A stretch of 64,000 bases of DNA from an uncultured bacterium (GTDB taxonomy: Bacteria > Actinomycetota > Acidimicrobiia > Spongiisociales > UBA5794). Positions 27,090 through 36,939 of this stretch are shown piece by piece. Numbering within the stretch: position 1 is the first letter of the stretch; every line of letters starts with the position of its first letter. Below the pieces are notes generated by a model. The model was not told where the DNA came from. It did not search any database and worked only from the letters and a program-made list of their open reading frames with translations. The position numbers and the translations under genes were made by a program. The DNA lies in the NCBI GenBank assembly GCA_963777645.1, contig CAVZRA010000004.1, positions 288,060 to 352,059 on the forward strand, in the 5' to 3' direction.

Positions 27090-28760
27090 GTGCAAGAACA
27101 TCCGATCTACAAGCTGAGCAGCGACATCGTTGACGAATTGGCCTCGTCGTTTCCCGACGTCGCCACCGAGTTGGGCATCAGCGGGCACGATGACAGCTGG
27201 ACCGATCTGAGCCCCGAAGGCGCCGATGAGATCATGCGCAGACTGCGTGTGTTGCGCCGCCGCGTCGACGCAGTGCCTGAGCCGGGGGACGACTGGGATC
27301 GGATCGCCATCGATCTGGCCAAGGAGACTCTCGACGAGGAAGCCTCCTTCTTCGAGCACGACGATCATCTTCGCAACCTCAATCCGATCTCGTCCGCTCT
27401 CCAGACGCTGCGCGAGATCTGGGATCACATGAGCACCGACACGGAGGACGACTGGACCAACATCGTCTACCGCCTCGAACGGCTGCCTGCAGCAATCGAG
27501 GGGTACCGCACCAGCCTCGATGAAGGACGGCGTAAGGGCCTTGCCGTTGCCGAGCGGCAGGTACGTGCCGGCGTCGAGCAATGCCGGGTGAGTGCGTCAG
27601 GCAACTCACGGCTCACCAAGCTTCTCGATGCCTACGAGCGACACAATGGCGGGAGGTCACTGCAGATTCGACTCGAGAATGCCGTTACGGATGCCCGGGT
27701 CGCCTTCGGAGAGCTGGGTGACTATCTCGCACAGACATACGCCACCGACGCCGCCGAGAGAGATGCCGTTGGCTCGGAGCGATATGTCAGGGCCGCCTAT
27801 GAGTTCCTCGGGACCGAGATCGACCCTGTGGCCACCTATCACTGGGGTTGGGACCAGGTTGCCGAGTTGTCCGCTCGGATGGAAAAGGTAGCCGCCGAGA
27901 TCATGCCGGGTGGCTCGATGGCGGAGGTCAATACGCTGTTGCGCACCGACCCGACCCGAACGGTCCCTGATTCCGATGCGCTGGTGACCTTTATCCAGGA
28001 TCGCCTCGATGACGCGCTCGATCGGCTTGCCGGCACTCACTTCGAGGTCCCCAAGCCGATTCGGGAGCTCACCGTCAACATCGCTCCCCCCGGTGGATCA
28101 CTTGGCGCCTACTACGTGGGGCCTTCAGAGGACTTCGCCCGACCGGGGAGTGTCTGGTGGTCCTTGACCCCGCGTGGTCCATACCCGGTGTTCGATGAGG
28201 TCTCGACTGCGTACCACGAAGGTTTCCCCGGCCATCATCTTCAGATCGGCGTGCAGGTGTCGCTGGCAGACAAGTTGTCCCGGTTACACCGCTTGTGGGT
28301 ATGGAAGCCGGGTGCAGGTGAAGGATGGGCCTTGTACGCCGAGCGGTTCATGAACGAGCTCGGCTTCTTCGAGAAGCCCGACTACGTGCTCGGCTGGCTA
28401 ACCGGGCAGATGCTGCGGGCGTGTCGGGTGGTCATCGACATCGGGTCCCATCTCGAGTTGCTGATCCCGGTGGGCCAGCCTTTCCACCCCGGTGAGCCGT
28501 GGACATTTGAAACCGCGGTAGCGATGCTGGTCGAGTATGCGGCCGTCGCCAGGCCGTACGCCGAGTCCGAGGTGACCCGCTATCTGGGCTGGCCCGGCCA
28601 GGCGATCGCATACAAGGTCGGGGAGAAAGCCATCCTCGAGATGCGGCAGGATGCCAGACGACGTCTTGGGGCGGCGTTCGACACCAAGGAGTTCCACGCC
28701 CGGCTACTCGAGATCGGCCCGGTTGGTCTCGACCTGCTCCGCAAGGAAGTCGCCCTGTAG
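27090..28760 (+). CDS. DUF885 domain-containing protein
   Basis: 556 aa with YHEGFPGHHLQ and overall DUF885-like sequence; GTG start with AGGAGAA upstream. Confidence 0.75.
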   Translation: MQEHPIYKLSSDIVDELASSFPDVATELGISGHDDSWTDLSPEGADEIMRRLRVLRRRVDAVPEPGDDWDRIAIDLAKETLDEEASFFEHDDHLRNLNPISSALQTLREIWDHMSTDTEDDWTNIVYRLERLPAAIEGYRTSLDEGRRKGLAVAERQVRAGVEQCRVSASGNSRLTKLLDAYERHNGGRSLQIRLENAVTDARVAFGELGDYLAQTYATDAAERDAVGSERYVRAAYEFLGTEIDPVATYHWGWDQVAELSARMEKVAAEIMPGGSMAEVNTLLRTDPTRTVPDSDALVTFIQDRLDDALDRLAGTHFEVPKPIRELTVNIAPPGGSLGAYYVGPSEDFARPGSVWWSLTPRGPYPVFDEVSTAYHEGFPGHHLQIGVQVSLADKLSRLHRLWVWKPGAGEGWALYAERFMNELGFFEKPDYVLGWLTGQMLRACRVVIDIGSHLELLIPVGQPFHPGEPWTFETAVAMLVEYAAVARPYAESEVTRYLGWPGQAIAYKVGEKAILEMRQDARRRLGAAFDTKEFHARLLEIGPVGLDLLRKEVAL

Positions 28761-28830
28761 GCGCCCGCGGCTGCAACGCAATCGCCAATTCCGGGGTTGT
28801 ATCGGGTATGTACGGAACTTGGGATCATCC

Positions 28831-29382
28831 ATGAGCACCACGACACTGAACCGGCTTCTCACTGCCGATCTCGACGGAGCGTTTCCCGGTTTCGTAGCCG
28901 AGATGCAGGGCGCCGTCTTCAATGGGGCGCGACGCTGGCTGCCAACCCGGCAGGACGCCGAGGATGTCACCCAGGAGGTATTCGTCCGTGCCTATCGGGC
29001 GCTCCAGGGGTACTCGTCGGAGCGAATCACGGCACTACGGCTCCGGCCATGGCTATTTGCCATAACGCTCAATCTGTGTCGGAACCAGGCCCGCACCAGG
29101 AGCCGTCGTCCGGTGCAGGTTGCCCTGGGCGGTGCCGACGGTCTGGCTGGAGAGAAGACCGAGCAGCGTGCTCTCGATGGGCTGGCCATTGACGAATGGC
29201 GTGACCGTCTCGCCAAACTCAGCCCGCGCCAGCGTGATGCCATCGTGCTCAGGCATGTCGTCGAGATGAGTTACGACGAGATCGGAGAAGTTCTCGATAG
29301 GCCGGCAGGAACGATCAAGTCGGATGTCCATCGCGGCCTGGAACGGCTCCGCGCCATGATCGATACGGAGGCTTTGCTATGA
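28831..29382 (+). CDS. ECF-type RNA polymerase sigma factor
   Basis: Region 2 AEDVTQEVFVRAYRAL...RPWLFAITLNLCRN and region 4 LSPRQRDAIVLRHVVEMSYDEIGEVLDRPAGTIKSDVHRGLERLR, from the ATG at 28831. Confidence 0.85.
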   Translation: MSTTTLNRLLTADLDGAFPGFVAEMQGAVFNGARRWLPTRQDAEDVTQEVFVRAYRALQGYSSERITALRLRPWLFAITLNLCRNQARTRSRRPVQVALGGADGLAGEKTEQRALDGLAIDEWRDRLAKLSPRQRDAIVLRHVVEMSYDEIGEVLDRPAGTIKSDVHRGLERLRAMIDTEALL

Positions 29383-30125
29383 CTACTTCAGACCAGGTCG
29401 CTCGCTTGCTCGGTGCCCGGGAGCAACCGCCCGAATCGATCACCCGTGAGGTGCTGGTGCGGACGGCCCTTGCCGATCTCTACACCATCGTCGACGGTCC
29501 GGTCGGCCCGGTGCATGTCAGTTTCACGCCCCTCGGGGTGTCTTCGATCGTGCCCACCGAAGACGAAGAGAGATTCCTGGTCGATCATGAGCGCCGCGTT
29601 GGGCGCGATGCCTACCCGGGAGATCTACCCGGCAAGCTTGCTGACCGTCTCAATCGGGTATTCGACACCGGCCGTCTCGGCAATCTGCCGGTCGATTTGC
29701 GGCAGTTGACCGAATTCCAGCGGCAGGTGCTCGACACGACTGCATCGATCCCCCCCGGTGAGGTCCGTCCTTACGGATGGGTCGCCAGAGAAATGGGCAA
29801 TGACAGAGCAGTCCGCGCGGTGGGGTCGGCGCTTGCGAGGAACCCGGTCCCAATCGCCATCCCGTGCCATCGGGTGGTGAGAAGCGATGGTGAGCTCGGC
29901 AACTACGCCTTTGGCACACCACTGAAACGCACCTTGCTCGAGCACGAGGGCATGACGGAGTTTGCGAAGAAGGCATACACCGGCTGCACCACCACCGGCA
30001 TCTTCTGCTTTGTCACGTGCCGTCACGCCCGCAGGGTCGCTCAGAAGAACAGGGTCGAATTCGCCAATCCGCAGCGAGCACGAGCGGCGGGGTTCCGGGC
30101 CTGCAAGGTGTGCCGGCCCGGGTAG
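29379..30125 (+). CDS. MGMT/Ogt-family DNA-binding domain protein fused to a C-terminal Ada-type zinc-binding domain
   Basis: Active-site motif IPCHRVV. The C-terminus CFVTCRHARRV...RVEFANPQRARAAGFRACKVCRP resembles Ada_Zn_binding. ATGA overlap with the sigma factor stop. Confidence 0.7.
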   Translation: MTTSDQVARLLGAREQPPESITREVLVRTALADLYTIVDGPVGPVHVSFTPLGVSSIVPTEDEERFLVDHERRVGRDAYPGDLPGKLADRLNRVFDTGRLGNLPVDLRQLTEFQRQVLDTTASIPPGEVRPYGWVAREMGNDRAVRAVGSALARNPVPIAIPCHRVVRSDGELGNYAFGTPLKRTLLEHEGMTEFAKKAYTGCTTTGIFCFVTCRHARRVAQKNRVEFANPQRARAAGFRACKVCRPG

Positions 30126-30128
30126 TCG

Positions 30129-30299
30129 TCAGCTTCGCCGCTGCCAGATGAGCCCGAAGAGAACTCCGATCCCCGCTCCGATACCTATCCAAGCGGGATT
30201 GTCGGATCCCGCAAACAGGGCAGTGCCGACACCGGCGCCGATGGCGATCGCTGCGCCGAGCGCCATGCTTGCCGCAGGGTGATCTTCGTTGTCATTCAT
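30129..30299 (-). CDS. Small glycine-zipper membrane protein (56 aa), hypothetical
   Basis: Manual translation gives MNDNEDHPAASMALGAAIAIGAGVGTALFAGSDNPAWIGIGAGIGVLFGLIWQRRS. It is below the ORF-track length cut-off, and no SD was checked. Confidence 0.4.
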   Translation of the reverse strand: MNDNEDHPAASMALGAAIAIGAGVGTALFAGSDNPAWIGIGAGIGVLFGLIWQRRS

Positions 30300-30349
30300 G
30301 GCTAGGAGAGTACCCGGTTGTAGCAGGCCATTGGGATTAGATTTGGCAC

Positions 30350-32062
30350 ATGAACTCAGAGCAGCTCATTGAAACGATCCGGGACTCGGTCATCGGAAGG
30401 GACGAGGTTGTCGATGGGCCATTTGGCCCGCGCAAGGTCACATACGCTGATTACACGGCGTCGGGGCGGTCGCTGACCTTCATCGAGGACTACATCAGGG
30501 AAGCGGTGATGCCGCTCTATGCCAACACGCATACCGAGTCGTCGGGCACAGGGCTGCAGACCTCGCGGTTCCGGGAGGAGGCGCGCAAACTGATTCGGCG
30601 CTGTGTGGGTGCCACCGAGCAGCACACGGTCCTCTTCTGTGGTTCTGGAATGACCGGAGCGATCGACCGGATGATTGGTGTGCTCGGGATACGTATCCCC
30701 GGCAACCTCGACGATCGATATCGACTCACCGAGCAAATCCCACTCGAAGAGCGGCCGGTCGTCTTCATCGGACCATACGAGCACCATTCCAATGAGCTGC
30801 CGTGGCGTGAGTCGATAGCAGATGTAGTGACCATCCCCGAGGACGCCGACGGTCTCATCGATCTGGCACGCCTGGAGGAGGAGTTGCAACGATATTCCGA
30901 TCGGAGTCTGAAGATCGGGTCGTTCTCGGCAGCATCGAACGTGACCGGGATCATCTCCGATGTCCGGTCGATTTCGGTGCTGCTGCACCGGTATGGGGCG
31001 CTCTCATTCTGGGATTTTGCCGCGGCCGGTCCGTACGTTGATGTCGATATGACCCCACCGGCTGTCGGTCCTGACGCCCACCTTGCGTATAAGGATGCGA
31101 TATTCCTCTCTCCGCACAAGTTCATCGGCGGCCCCGGGACTCCCGGGTTGCTGGTTGCCCGTAAGGAGCTCTTCACCAACCGGGTTCCTGTGGTGCCTGG
31201 TGGTGGAACCGTTGCATACGTCAACCCCGTTGACCATCGCTACCTGAGCGATATCGAGCATCGCGAAGAAGGAGGGACACCAGCAATCATCGAATCGATT
31301 CGCGCCGGCATGGTGTTTCAGCTGAAACGAGCGGTGGGCACCGACACGATCAAGGACCGTGAGGAGGATATGACCGGCCGGGCGATTGCGTCGTGGTCGG
31401 TGAATTCCAATATTGAGATCCTGGGCAACCCCAAGGCAAACAGACTCTCGATCGTCTCTTTTGTGGTCCGATACGGCGACCGCTACCTGCACCACAACTT
31501 TGTTGTTGCTCTACTCAACGATCTCTTTGGTATCCAGTCCAGAGGTGGTTGCTCCTGCGCAGGGCCTTACGGACACCGGTTGCTCGGTATCGACCTCGAC
31601 AAATCGCATGAGTTCGAGCGGGAGATCGCCAGAGGTTGTGAGGGAATCAAGCCGGGCTGGGTCCGGGTCAACTTCAACTATTTCATCTCCGACCAGGTGC
31701 GCGATTTCATCCTCGATGCAGTGCACTTCGTTGCCGATGAAGGGTGGCGGTTCCTGCCGTACTACCGCTTTGATCCCGAAACGGCGCTGTGGCGCCACCG
31801 CAAGCCGCTGGCGGAGCCGCCGCTCAGTCTGCATGACATCGACTACACATCGGGCGAGATGGCATTCCGGCGCCGACCGAAGTATCACTCCGATGAGGAT
31901 CTTGTCGGTTATCTCGAGGAAGCCCGCAAGATCGCCACGGAGCTGGAAGAGGCGGAGCCACCGGAGCCGTTGGGACCGCCGGAGGTGACCGCGGACTTCG
32001 AGCATCTACGCTGGTTCCCACTTCCCGATGAGCTGCGTGGCGTTGTGAGGTTGTCAGAGTGA
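30350..32062 (+). CDS. Aminotransferase class V-fold PLP-dependent enzyme (cysteine desulfurase/selenocysteine lyase-like fold, long 570-aa form)
   Basis: YANTHTESSGTG, FSAASNVTGI and LSPHKFIGGPGTPGLLV (PLP-Lys region). Confidence 0.7.
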   Translation: MNSEQLIETIRDSVIGRDEVVDGPFGPRKVTYADYTASGRSLTFIEDYIREAVMPLYANTHTESSGTGLQTSRFREEARKLIRRCVGATEQHTVLFCGSGMTGAIDRMIGVLGIRIPGNLDDRYRLTEQIPLEERPVVFIGPYEHHSNELPWRESIADVVTIPEDADGLIDLARLEEELQRYSDRSLKIGSFSAASNVTGIISDVRSISVLLHRYGALSFWDFAAAGPYVDVDMTPPAVGPDAHLAYKDAIFLSPHKFIGGPGTPGLLVARKELFTNRVPVVPGGGTVAYVNPVDHRYLSDIEHREEGGTPAIIESIRAGMVFQLKRAVGTDTIKDREEDMTGRAIASWSVNSNIEILGNPKANRLSIVSFVVRYGDRYLHHNFVVALLNDLFGIQSRGGCSCAGPYGHRLLGIDLDKSHEFEREIARGCEGIKPGWVRVNFNYFISDQVRDFILDAVHFVADEGWRFLPYYRFDPETALWRHRKPLAEPPLSLHDIDYTSGEMAFRRRPKYHSDEDLVGYLEEARKIATELEEAEPPEPLGPPEVTADFEHLRWFPLPDELRGVVRLSE

Positions 32063-32958
32063 GCGACGACAAGATCCCAGAATGGTTCTACCGGGCGATG
32101 GCAACGCCGTACGACGACCAGTGGGTCGACGTCGACGGAATTCCGATTCACTACCTCGAGTGGGGGAACACGAAAGACCCTGGCCTGGTTCTGGTACATG
32201 GTGGGGCGGCTCATGCACACTGGTGGACTCATCTTGCGCCGATGTTCGCTGAGAACTGGCACGTCGTTGCACCCGACCTGTCGGGGCATGGGGACAGCGG
32301 GCGTCGCGACGGCTACTCGCACGAGAAGTGGGCTCACGAAGTCATGACAGTTGCCGACGCCGCAGGCTTCCCCGGGCCACCGGTGATGGTCGGCCACAGT
32401 CTCGGCGGGATGGTCACCATTCAGACGGCCGCGGACTACGGGGATCGGCTGTGCGGGGCAGTCATCGTCGATACCCCGGTGCGACGACCCGCTCCCGAAT
32501 CAGAAGAGGGTGCCAGAGGGCGCTCTTTCGTCACACCAGGGACCTACCCGGACATGGAGACGGCGCTCCAGCACTTTCGACTGATCCCGCCGCAGCCATG
32601 TGAGAACGACTTCATTGTCGATCACATTGCCCGCCATTCGCTACGCAAGACCGGGGAAGGCTGGATCTGGAAATTCGACTCGAAGCTGTTCGAGCACACC
32701 CTCATCCCTCTGAGGGATCAACTCGCCAGCGTGAAGTGCCGGGTGGCATTGTTCCGTGGCCAGCATTCGGTGACCGTCCCCGAAGACACCGCCGAGTACA
32801 TGTATGAGCTGATGGACCGCAACGCACCGGTGGTGACGATCCCCGAGGCACACCACCACTTGATCCTCGACCAACCGCTTGCCTTTGTCGCAGCGCTGCG
32901 AACACTGCTCGCCGACTGGGAGCATTCGATTCCCCGAAAGTCTCTGACCGCGGGCTGA
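32059..32958 (+). CDS. Alpha/beta hydrolase
   Basis: HGGAAHAHWW oxyanion region and nucleophile elbow GHSLGG; GTGA overlap with the upstream PLP enzyme gene. Confidence 0.8.
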   Translation: MSDDKIPEWFYRAMATPYDDQWVDVDGIPIHYLEWGNTKDPGLVLVHGGAAHAHWWTHLAPMFAENWHVVAPDLSGHGDSGRRDGYSHEKWAHEVMTVADAAGFPGPPVMVGHSLGGMVTIQTAADYGDRLCGAVIVDTPVRRPAPESEEGARGRSFVTPGTYPDMETALQHFRLIPPQPCENDFIVDHIARHSLRKTGEGWIWKFDSKLFEHTLIPLRDQLASVKCRVALFRGQHSVTVPEDTAEYMYELMDRNAPVVTIPEAHHHLILDQPLAFVAALRTLLADWEHSIPRKSLTAG

Positions 32959-33004
32959 GTCCGACACAACTCGAAGACCCGCCCAAGCGGGCCTCCTGGC
33001 GGTG

Positions 33005-34218
33005 TCAGAACTCCTGCAATCCGGCCGGTGGTGGGGTGGGTGGATTGGGATCCAGCGGGATCCAGAACGTGAACGTGGTGCCACCTGCATCCCGGGAGGC
33101 GACCCGTGCCCGTCCGCCATGGGCGGCGGCAACGTCCTGGACGATGGCGAGCCCGAGACCGAGGTGAGAGTCATCCCCCGTCGCCGCCGCGCCACGCTGG
33201 TAGCGCTCGAAGACACGGTCGGCCAGCTCGGGGTCGATCCCCGGCCCTTCGTCCGAGACTCCGAGCCACGCCCAACGGTTTCGCCTGCCGGCGCCCACTC
33301 TCACGGTGGCCTGTGCCGGGGAGAGACGGATCGCATTGTCGACGAGGTTGCTCAAAGCCCGTTTCGCGCGGTTCTGTCCCCATTCAGTGTCACCGGGTCT
33401 CCCGAGATGGCCGTGATCGAGACCGACCCCGCGACGGCGGCTGCCGTCATCTCCGACACAACCTCGGCGACCAACTCGTCGAAATCGACGAGTTGCCGGG
33501 CTACGACCCGCTGCCGTTGCCGTGCCGTCGCCAGCAGATCGTCAACAAGGCCCGACATACGGCCCGCAGTACGCGAGATGATCTCACCGGTGTGACGCCA
33601 ATCAGATGTGGTTGCCTCCGAATCCTGGAGTGCGACCTCGACGTTGGTCTGGATGACTGCAAGCGGGTTGCGTAGATCGTGGGACACGTCGGCGATGAAC
33701 TCTCGTTGCCGCTCGAACCCCTGATCGAGCCTGTCCAGCATCTGGTCGAATGTGTCGGCGAGGCTTCGCAACTCGTCGGGGGGACCGCTGAGACCGATAC
33801 GGCGCGACAGGTCGGTCGCCTGGATATCGCGAGCGACGTCGGTGATCTGATGGATCGGGCGCAGAGTCCTGCCTGCGACGAACCATCCGATCAACAGGCT
33901 GATACAGAACAAGACGATGAGTGCGATAAAGGAGTATGCCGAAAGTCGAGCAAGTGTCTGCTCGTTGACCAACCGCTCCAGACTCTCTACCTCGGTCATC
34001 TGCAATTGTGCCAGCGTGACTATCTGTCCGTTGCGGATGGTATAGGTGGGAGAGACGAGCAGCTGGTTGAACACCGGTTGGCGCTCCAGTGCGATGCGCA
34101 GCCCGAAGTAGATGGCGCCGACCACGAGGGCGCTGGCTCCGAACAGCAGACCCGAATATAGAAGCGACAACCGGAACCGGATTGACTGCATCCATTGTGG
34201 GCGGTGCAGACGAATCAC
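33005..34218 (-). pseudogene. Sensor histidine kinase (TM-HAMP-HisKA-HATPase_c) interrupted by an apparent 1-nt frameshift near 33375
   Basis: ORF 33352-34218 carries HisKA (FIADVSHDLRNPL). ORF 33005-33355, in another frame, carries HATPase_c (SNLVDNAIR...DEGPGI...GLGLAIV). Restoring one C in GAC(C)AG gives GDQNRAKRALSNLVDNAIR. Confidence 0.75.
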
Positions 34219-34970
34219 GGTCGCTCCTGCAGCCGGTATCCGATCCCGGCCACGGTATCAACCGGCTGCCCTGCGCCCGAGGCACTCAGCTTCCTGCGGA
34301 GGTTGGCGATGGTCACCCGGACTGTGTTGGTGAACGGATCGGCGAACTCGTCCCAAACGTGTTCGAGCAGGGTCTCCTGAGACAGAACCTCGCCGGGATG
34401 GGTCATGAAGAAACGCAGCAGCGCAAACTCCTTTGGCGTCAAACCAAGGTCGGCTCCGGCGTACCGGGCCTCGTGTTTTGCGTCGTCGAGAGTCAGCCGA
34501 CCCACCTGGAGTGATGCTGCTCCCGCCGACGTGTCGCGGCGTAGCAGCGCCCTCACCCGGGCAGCCAGCTCTCCGAACGCGAAGGGCTTGACGAGGTAGT
34601 CGTCGGCCCCGGCATCGAGTCCAGAGATTCGGTCCGCGATGCCGTCGCGGGCGGTCAGCATCAGCACCCGGGGCGGTGGTGCGGTCTTGGCAGCGACCTC
34701 GCCGCGCCGGATCATCCCGCATATTGACCAACCGTCGATGTCGGGAAGGTTCCAGTCGAGGCAGACCAGGTCGTAGTCATTGCCGCAGAGCCGATCGATG
34801 GCAGACCGGCCGCTGTAGACGACGTCGACGGCATACCGGGCACGTCGCAAACCCCTGGCAATGGCGTCGGCCAGGTCAGCTTCATCCTCAACGACCAACA
34901 ACCGCACGTTTCTCAAGTTAGCGCGCTCTTCAGGCTTCTCCTGGCGTTCGACAAGATCCCGGGGGATCAC
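34215..34970 (-). CDS. OmpR-family response regulator
   Basis: VRLLVVEDEADLADAI..., YDLVCLDWNLPDIDG, and winged helix LTPKEFALLRFFMTHPGEVLSQETLLEHVWD. The stop overlaps the kinase start (GTGA). The GTG at 34907 is an alternative start. Confidence 0.85.
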   Translation of the reverse strand: MIPRDLVERQEKPEERANLRNVRLLVVEDEADLADAIARGLRRARYAVDVVYSGRSAIDRLCGNDYDLVCLDWNLPDIDGWSICGMIRRGEVAAKTAPPPRVLMLTARDGIADRISGLDAGADDYLVKPFAFGELAARVRALLRRDTSAGAASLQVGRLTLDDAKHEARYAGADLGLTPKEFALLRFFMTHPGEVLSQETLLEHVWDEFADPFTNTVRVTIANLRRKLSASGAGQPVDTVAGIGYRLQERP

Positions 34971-34996
34971 TCAGTCGTGCCCGTCGCCGAACAGAT

Positions 34997-35995
34997 CTAC
35001 GCCCGGATCTCCTGCTTCATGAACAGCACGTAGGCGACCGCAAAACTGGCGATGGTGAGGGCAACCAACCCGACGATCTGTGGCCAGACCAGTAGCAGGC
35101 TCTGCTCGAGCGAGAGGTCGGTGATGATTGCCCGGTCGAGTTGCTGGACGGTGACGACACCTACTGCCCTGACCTCAGGGTCGAGCAGTGCACTGGTGGC
35201 ATCGTCGTAGAGGGTGATCGGCGACAGGCGCGACAGGTTCTGTTCCACCTGGGCGTTGTGGAGCAGTTCTGGCCCGGTTGCGTCGGCAGCAGCAGGAGCG
35301 ATGATGTCGGCCAGGAGGTGCACCAGCAGGGCGGCGAACAGTGCCAGGACGAGCCAGGTGGCGATCGCAACCATCGCCGAGGACGAAGCCCGGCGCATCG
35401 CTACGGAGCAAAGCATCGCAAAGCCAAGCCAGAAGCCCACGTAGAGGATCGCTACCGCCAACCAGATGAGGAGCCTGACGACCTCGCTGAAGGTGGGAAC
35501 GATGCCGAGCCGGAACATGCCGAGACCGGAGACGATGAGCACCAGAGTCGTCAACATGACCCCGATGACGATCAATCCGCCGACGAACTTGCCGTTGATC
35601 ACGTCGTCACGATGGATCGGTTGAGCGACCAACCGTGGCAGTGTGCCTTGAGCCCGTTCCCCGTTTATGGCATCGAACCCGAATGCGATGCCAAGGATGG
35701 GGGCCAGGAACCCGATCATGGCGAAGAAGGAGAACGGCATTGGATCGGCCGAGATGGTGAACAAGCGCAGGAACAGCGAAGGCGTGCCCGAAGCTTGTGG
35801 TGCCACGTCACGGATCCCGGAGGCCGCCGAGTAGACGGCCCCGGCGGCGGCGAGCGAGAGGATGATCAGCAGCACGATGAACCGGGCCGATAGCAGATGA
35901 TCTGACAGCTCCTTGCGGGCCACCACCTTCCATCCGCGGGACCGTTGTCTCGTGACCACCGCGGTTGGGTATTCAGTGGCTGCTGACATGGGCAC
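34997..35995 (-). CDS. ABC-2 type transporter permease
   Basis: 332-aa multi-TM protein directly downstream of, and overlapping, the ABC ATPase gene. Confidence 0.7.
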   Translation of the reverse strand: MPMSAATEYPTAVVTRQRSRGWKVVARKELSDHLLSARFIVLLIILSLAAAGAVYSAASGIRDVAPQASGTPSLFLRLFTISADPMPFSFFAMIGFLAPILGIAFGFDAINGERAQGTLPRLVAQPIHRDDVINGKFVGGLIVIGVMLTTLVLIVSGLGMFRLGIVPTFSEVVRLLIWLAVAILYVGFWLGFAMLCSVAMRRASSSAMVAIATWLVLALFAALLVHLLADIIAPAAADATGPELLHNAQVEQNLSRLSPITLYDDATSALLDPEVRAVGVVTVQQLDRAIITDLSLEQSLLLVWPQIVGLVALTIASFAVAYVLFMKQEIRA

Positions 35996-36935
35996 TCTCC
36001 TGTTCGAAGAAGTGGTGGTAGATGTCGGTGAGATCGGCGTCTCGTCTACGCACCTGCCAGATGTCGATACCTCGCCCGGTGAGGGTGCGGACGATGGTCG
36101 GGATATCTGAGGCCGGTGCCGCCACCCGCCACAGCCCGTGGCCGTTGCCGTTGGGTGCGACCACCTGGGTGACCCCTGGTGCCCCCGCTAGCGCGGCGCG
36201 CACCTCTTCGGCAGGACCGTCGGCACCGATCTCGACCGTCGCCGGGCCTTCGTTACCTGCCAGGTCCTCGGGGCGGCCGCAGGCGATGAGCTCACCGCGG
36301 ACGAAGATGCCGACCCGGTCGCAGACATCCTGGACCTGGTTGAGCAGGTGGCTGGAGAGCAGAATGGTGACATCGCGCTCGTCCGCGAGGCTACGGATGA
36401 GTTGCAGGATCTCGATGACGCCTTCCGGGTCGATGGCCATTGTCGGCTCATCCAGGATGAGGATCTCAGGGTCCTTGACCAGGGCATCGGCCAGGCCGAG
36501 TCGTTGCAGCATGCCTCGTGAGTAGGTTCCTGCGGGTGTGTCCGCCGAATCCTCCAGCCCAACAAGCGCCAGCAACTCGGCGAGGCGGGGCTCGACCATT
36601 TCCCGTGTCAATCCGTTGAGCCTTGCTGTGTATCGCAGGTTCTCGCGACCGGTCATGGATTCGTAGAAGCCGACAGAGTCGGGTAGGTAGCCGACCACCC
36701 GTTTGACGTCCAGCGGATGTCGCACCGGATCAAGACCGGCGACGCGTACCTTGCCCGCCGACGGCTCGGCGAGCCCGAGCAGCATCAGGATTGTTGTAGT
36801 CTTGCCCGCTCCGTTTGGCCCGAGGAGTCCGAATACCTCGCCACGCTCGATCTCGAGATCGAGATGGTCAACGGCGGTCAGATCTCCATAGTTCTTGGTG
36901 AGGGCTGTGGCGGTTATGGCGTGGTTGCTTGCCAC
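35973..36935 (-). CDS. ABC transporter ATP-binding protein
   Basis: Walker A GPNGAGKTT, signature YSRGMLQRLG and Walker B ILILDEP. The GTG at 36935 lies 4 nt after the upstream stop. Confidence 0.85.
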   Translation of the reverse strand: MASNHAITATALTKNYGDLTAVDHLDLEIERGEVFGLLGPNGAGKTTTILMLLGLAEPSAGKVRVAGLDPVRHPLDVKRVVGYLPDSVGFYESMTGRENLRYTARLNGLTREMVEPRLAELLALVGLEDSADTPAGTYSRGMLQRLGLADALVKDPEILILDEPTMAIDPEGVIEILQLIRSLADERDVTILLSSHLLNQVQDVCDRVGIFVRGELIACGRPEDLAGNEGPATVEIGADGPAEEVRAALAGAPGVTQVVAPNGNGHGLWRVAAPASDIPTIVRTLTGRGIDIWQVRRRDADLTDIYHHFFEQESAHVSSH

Positions 36936-36939
36936 GGTG

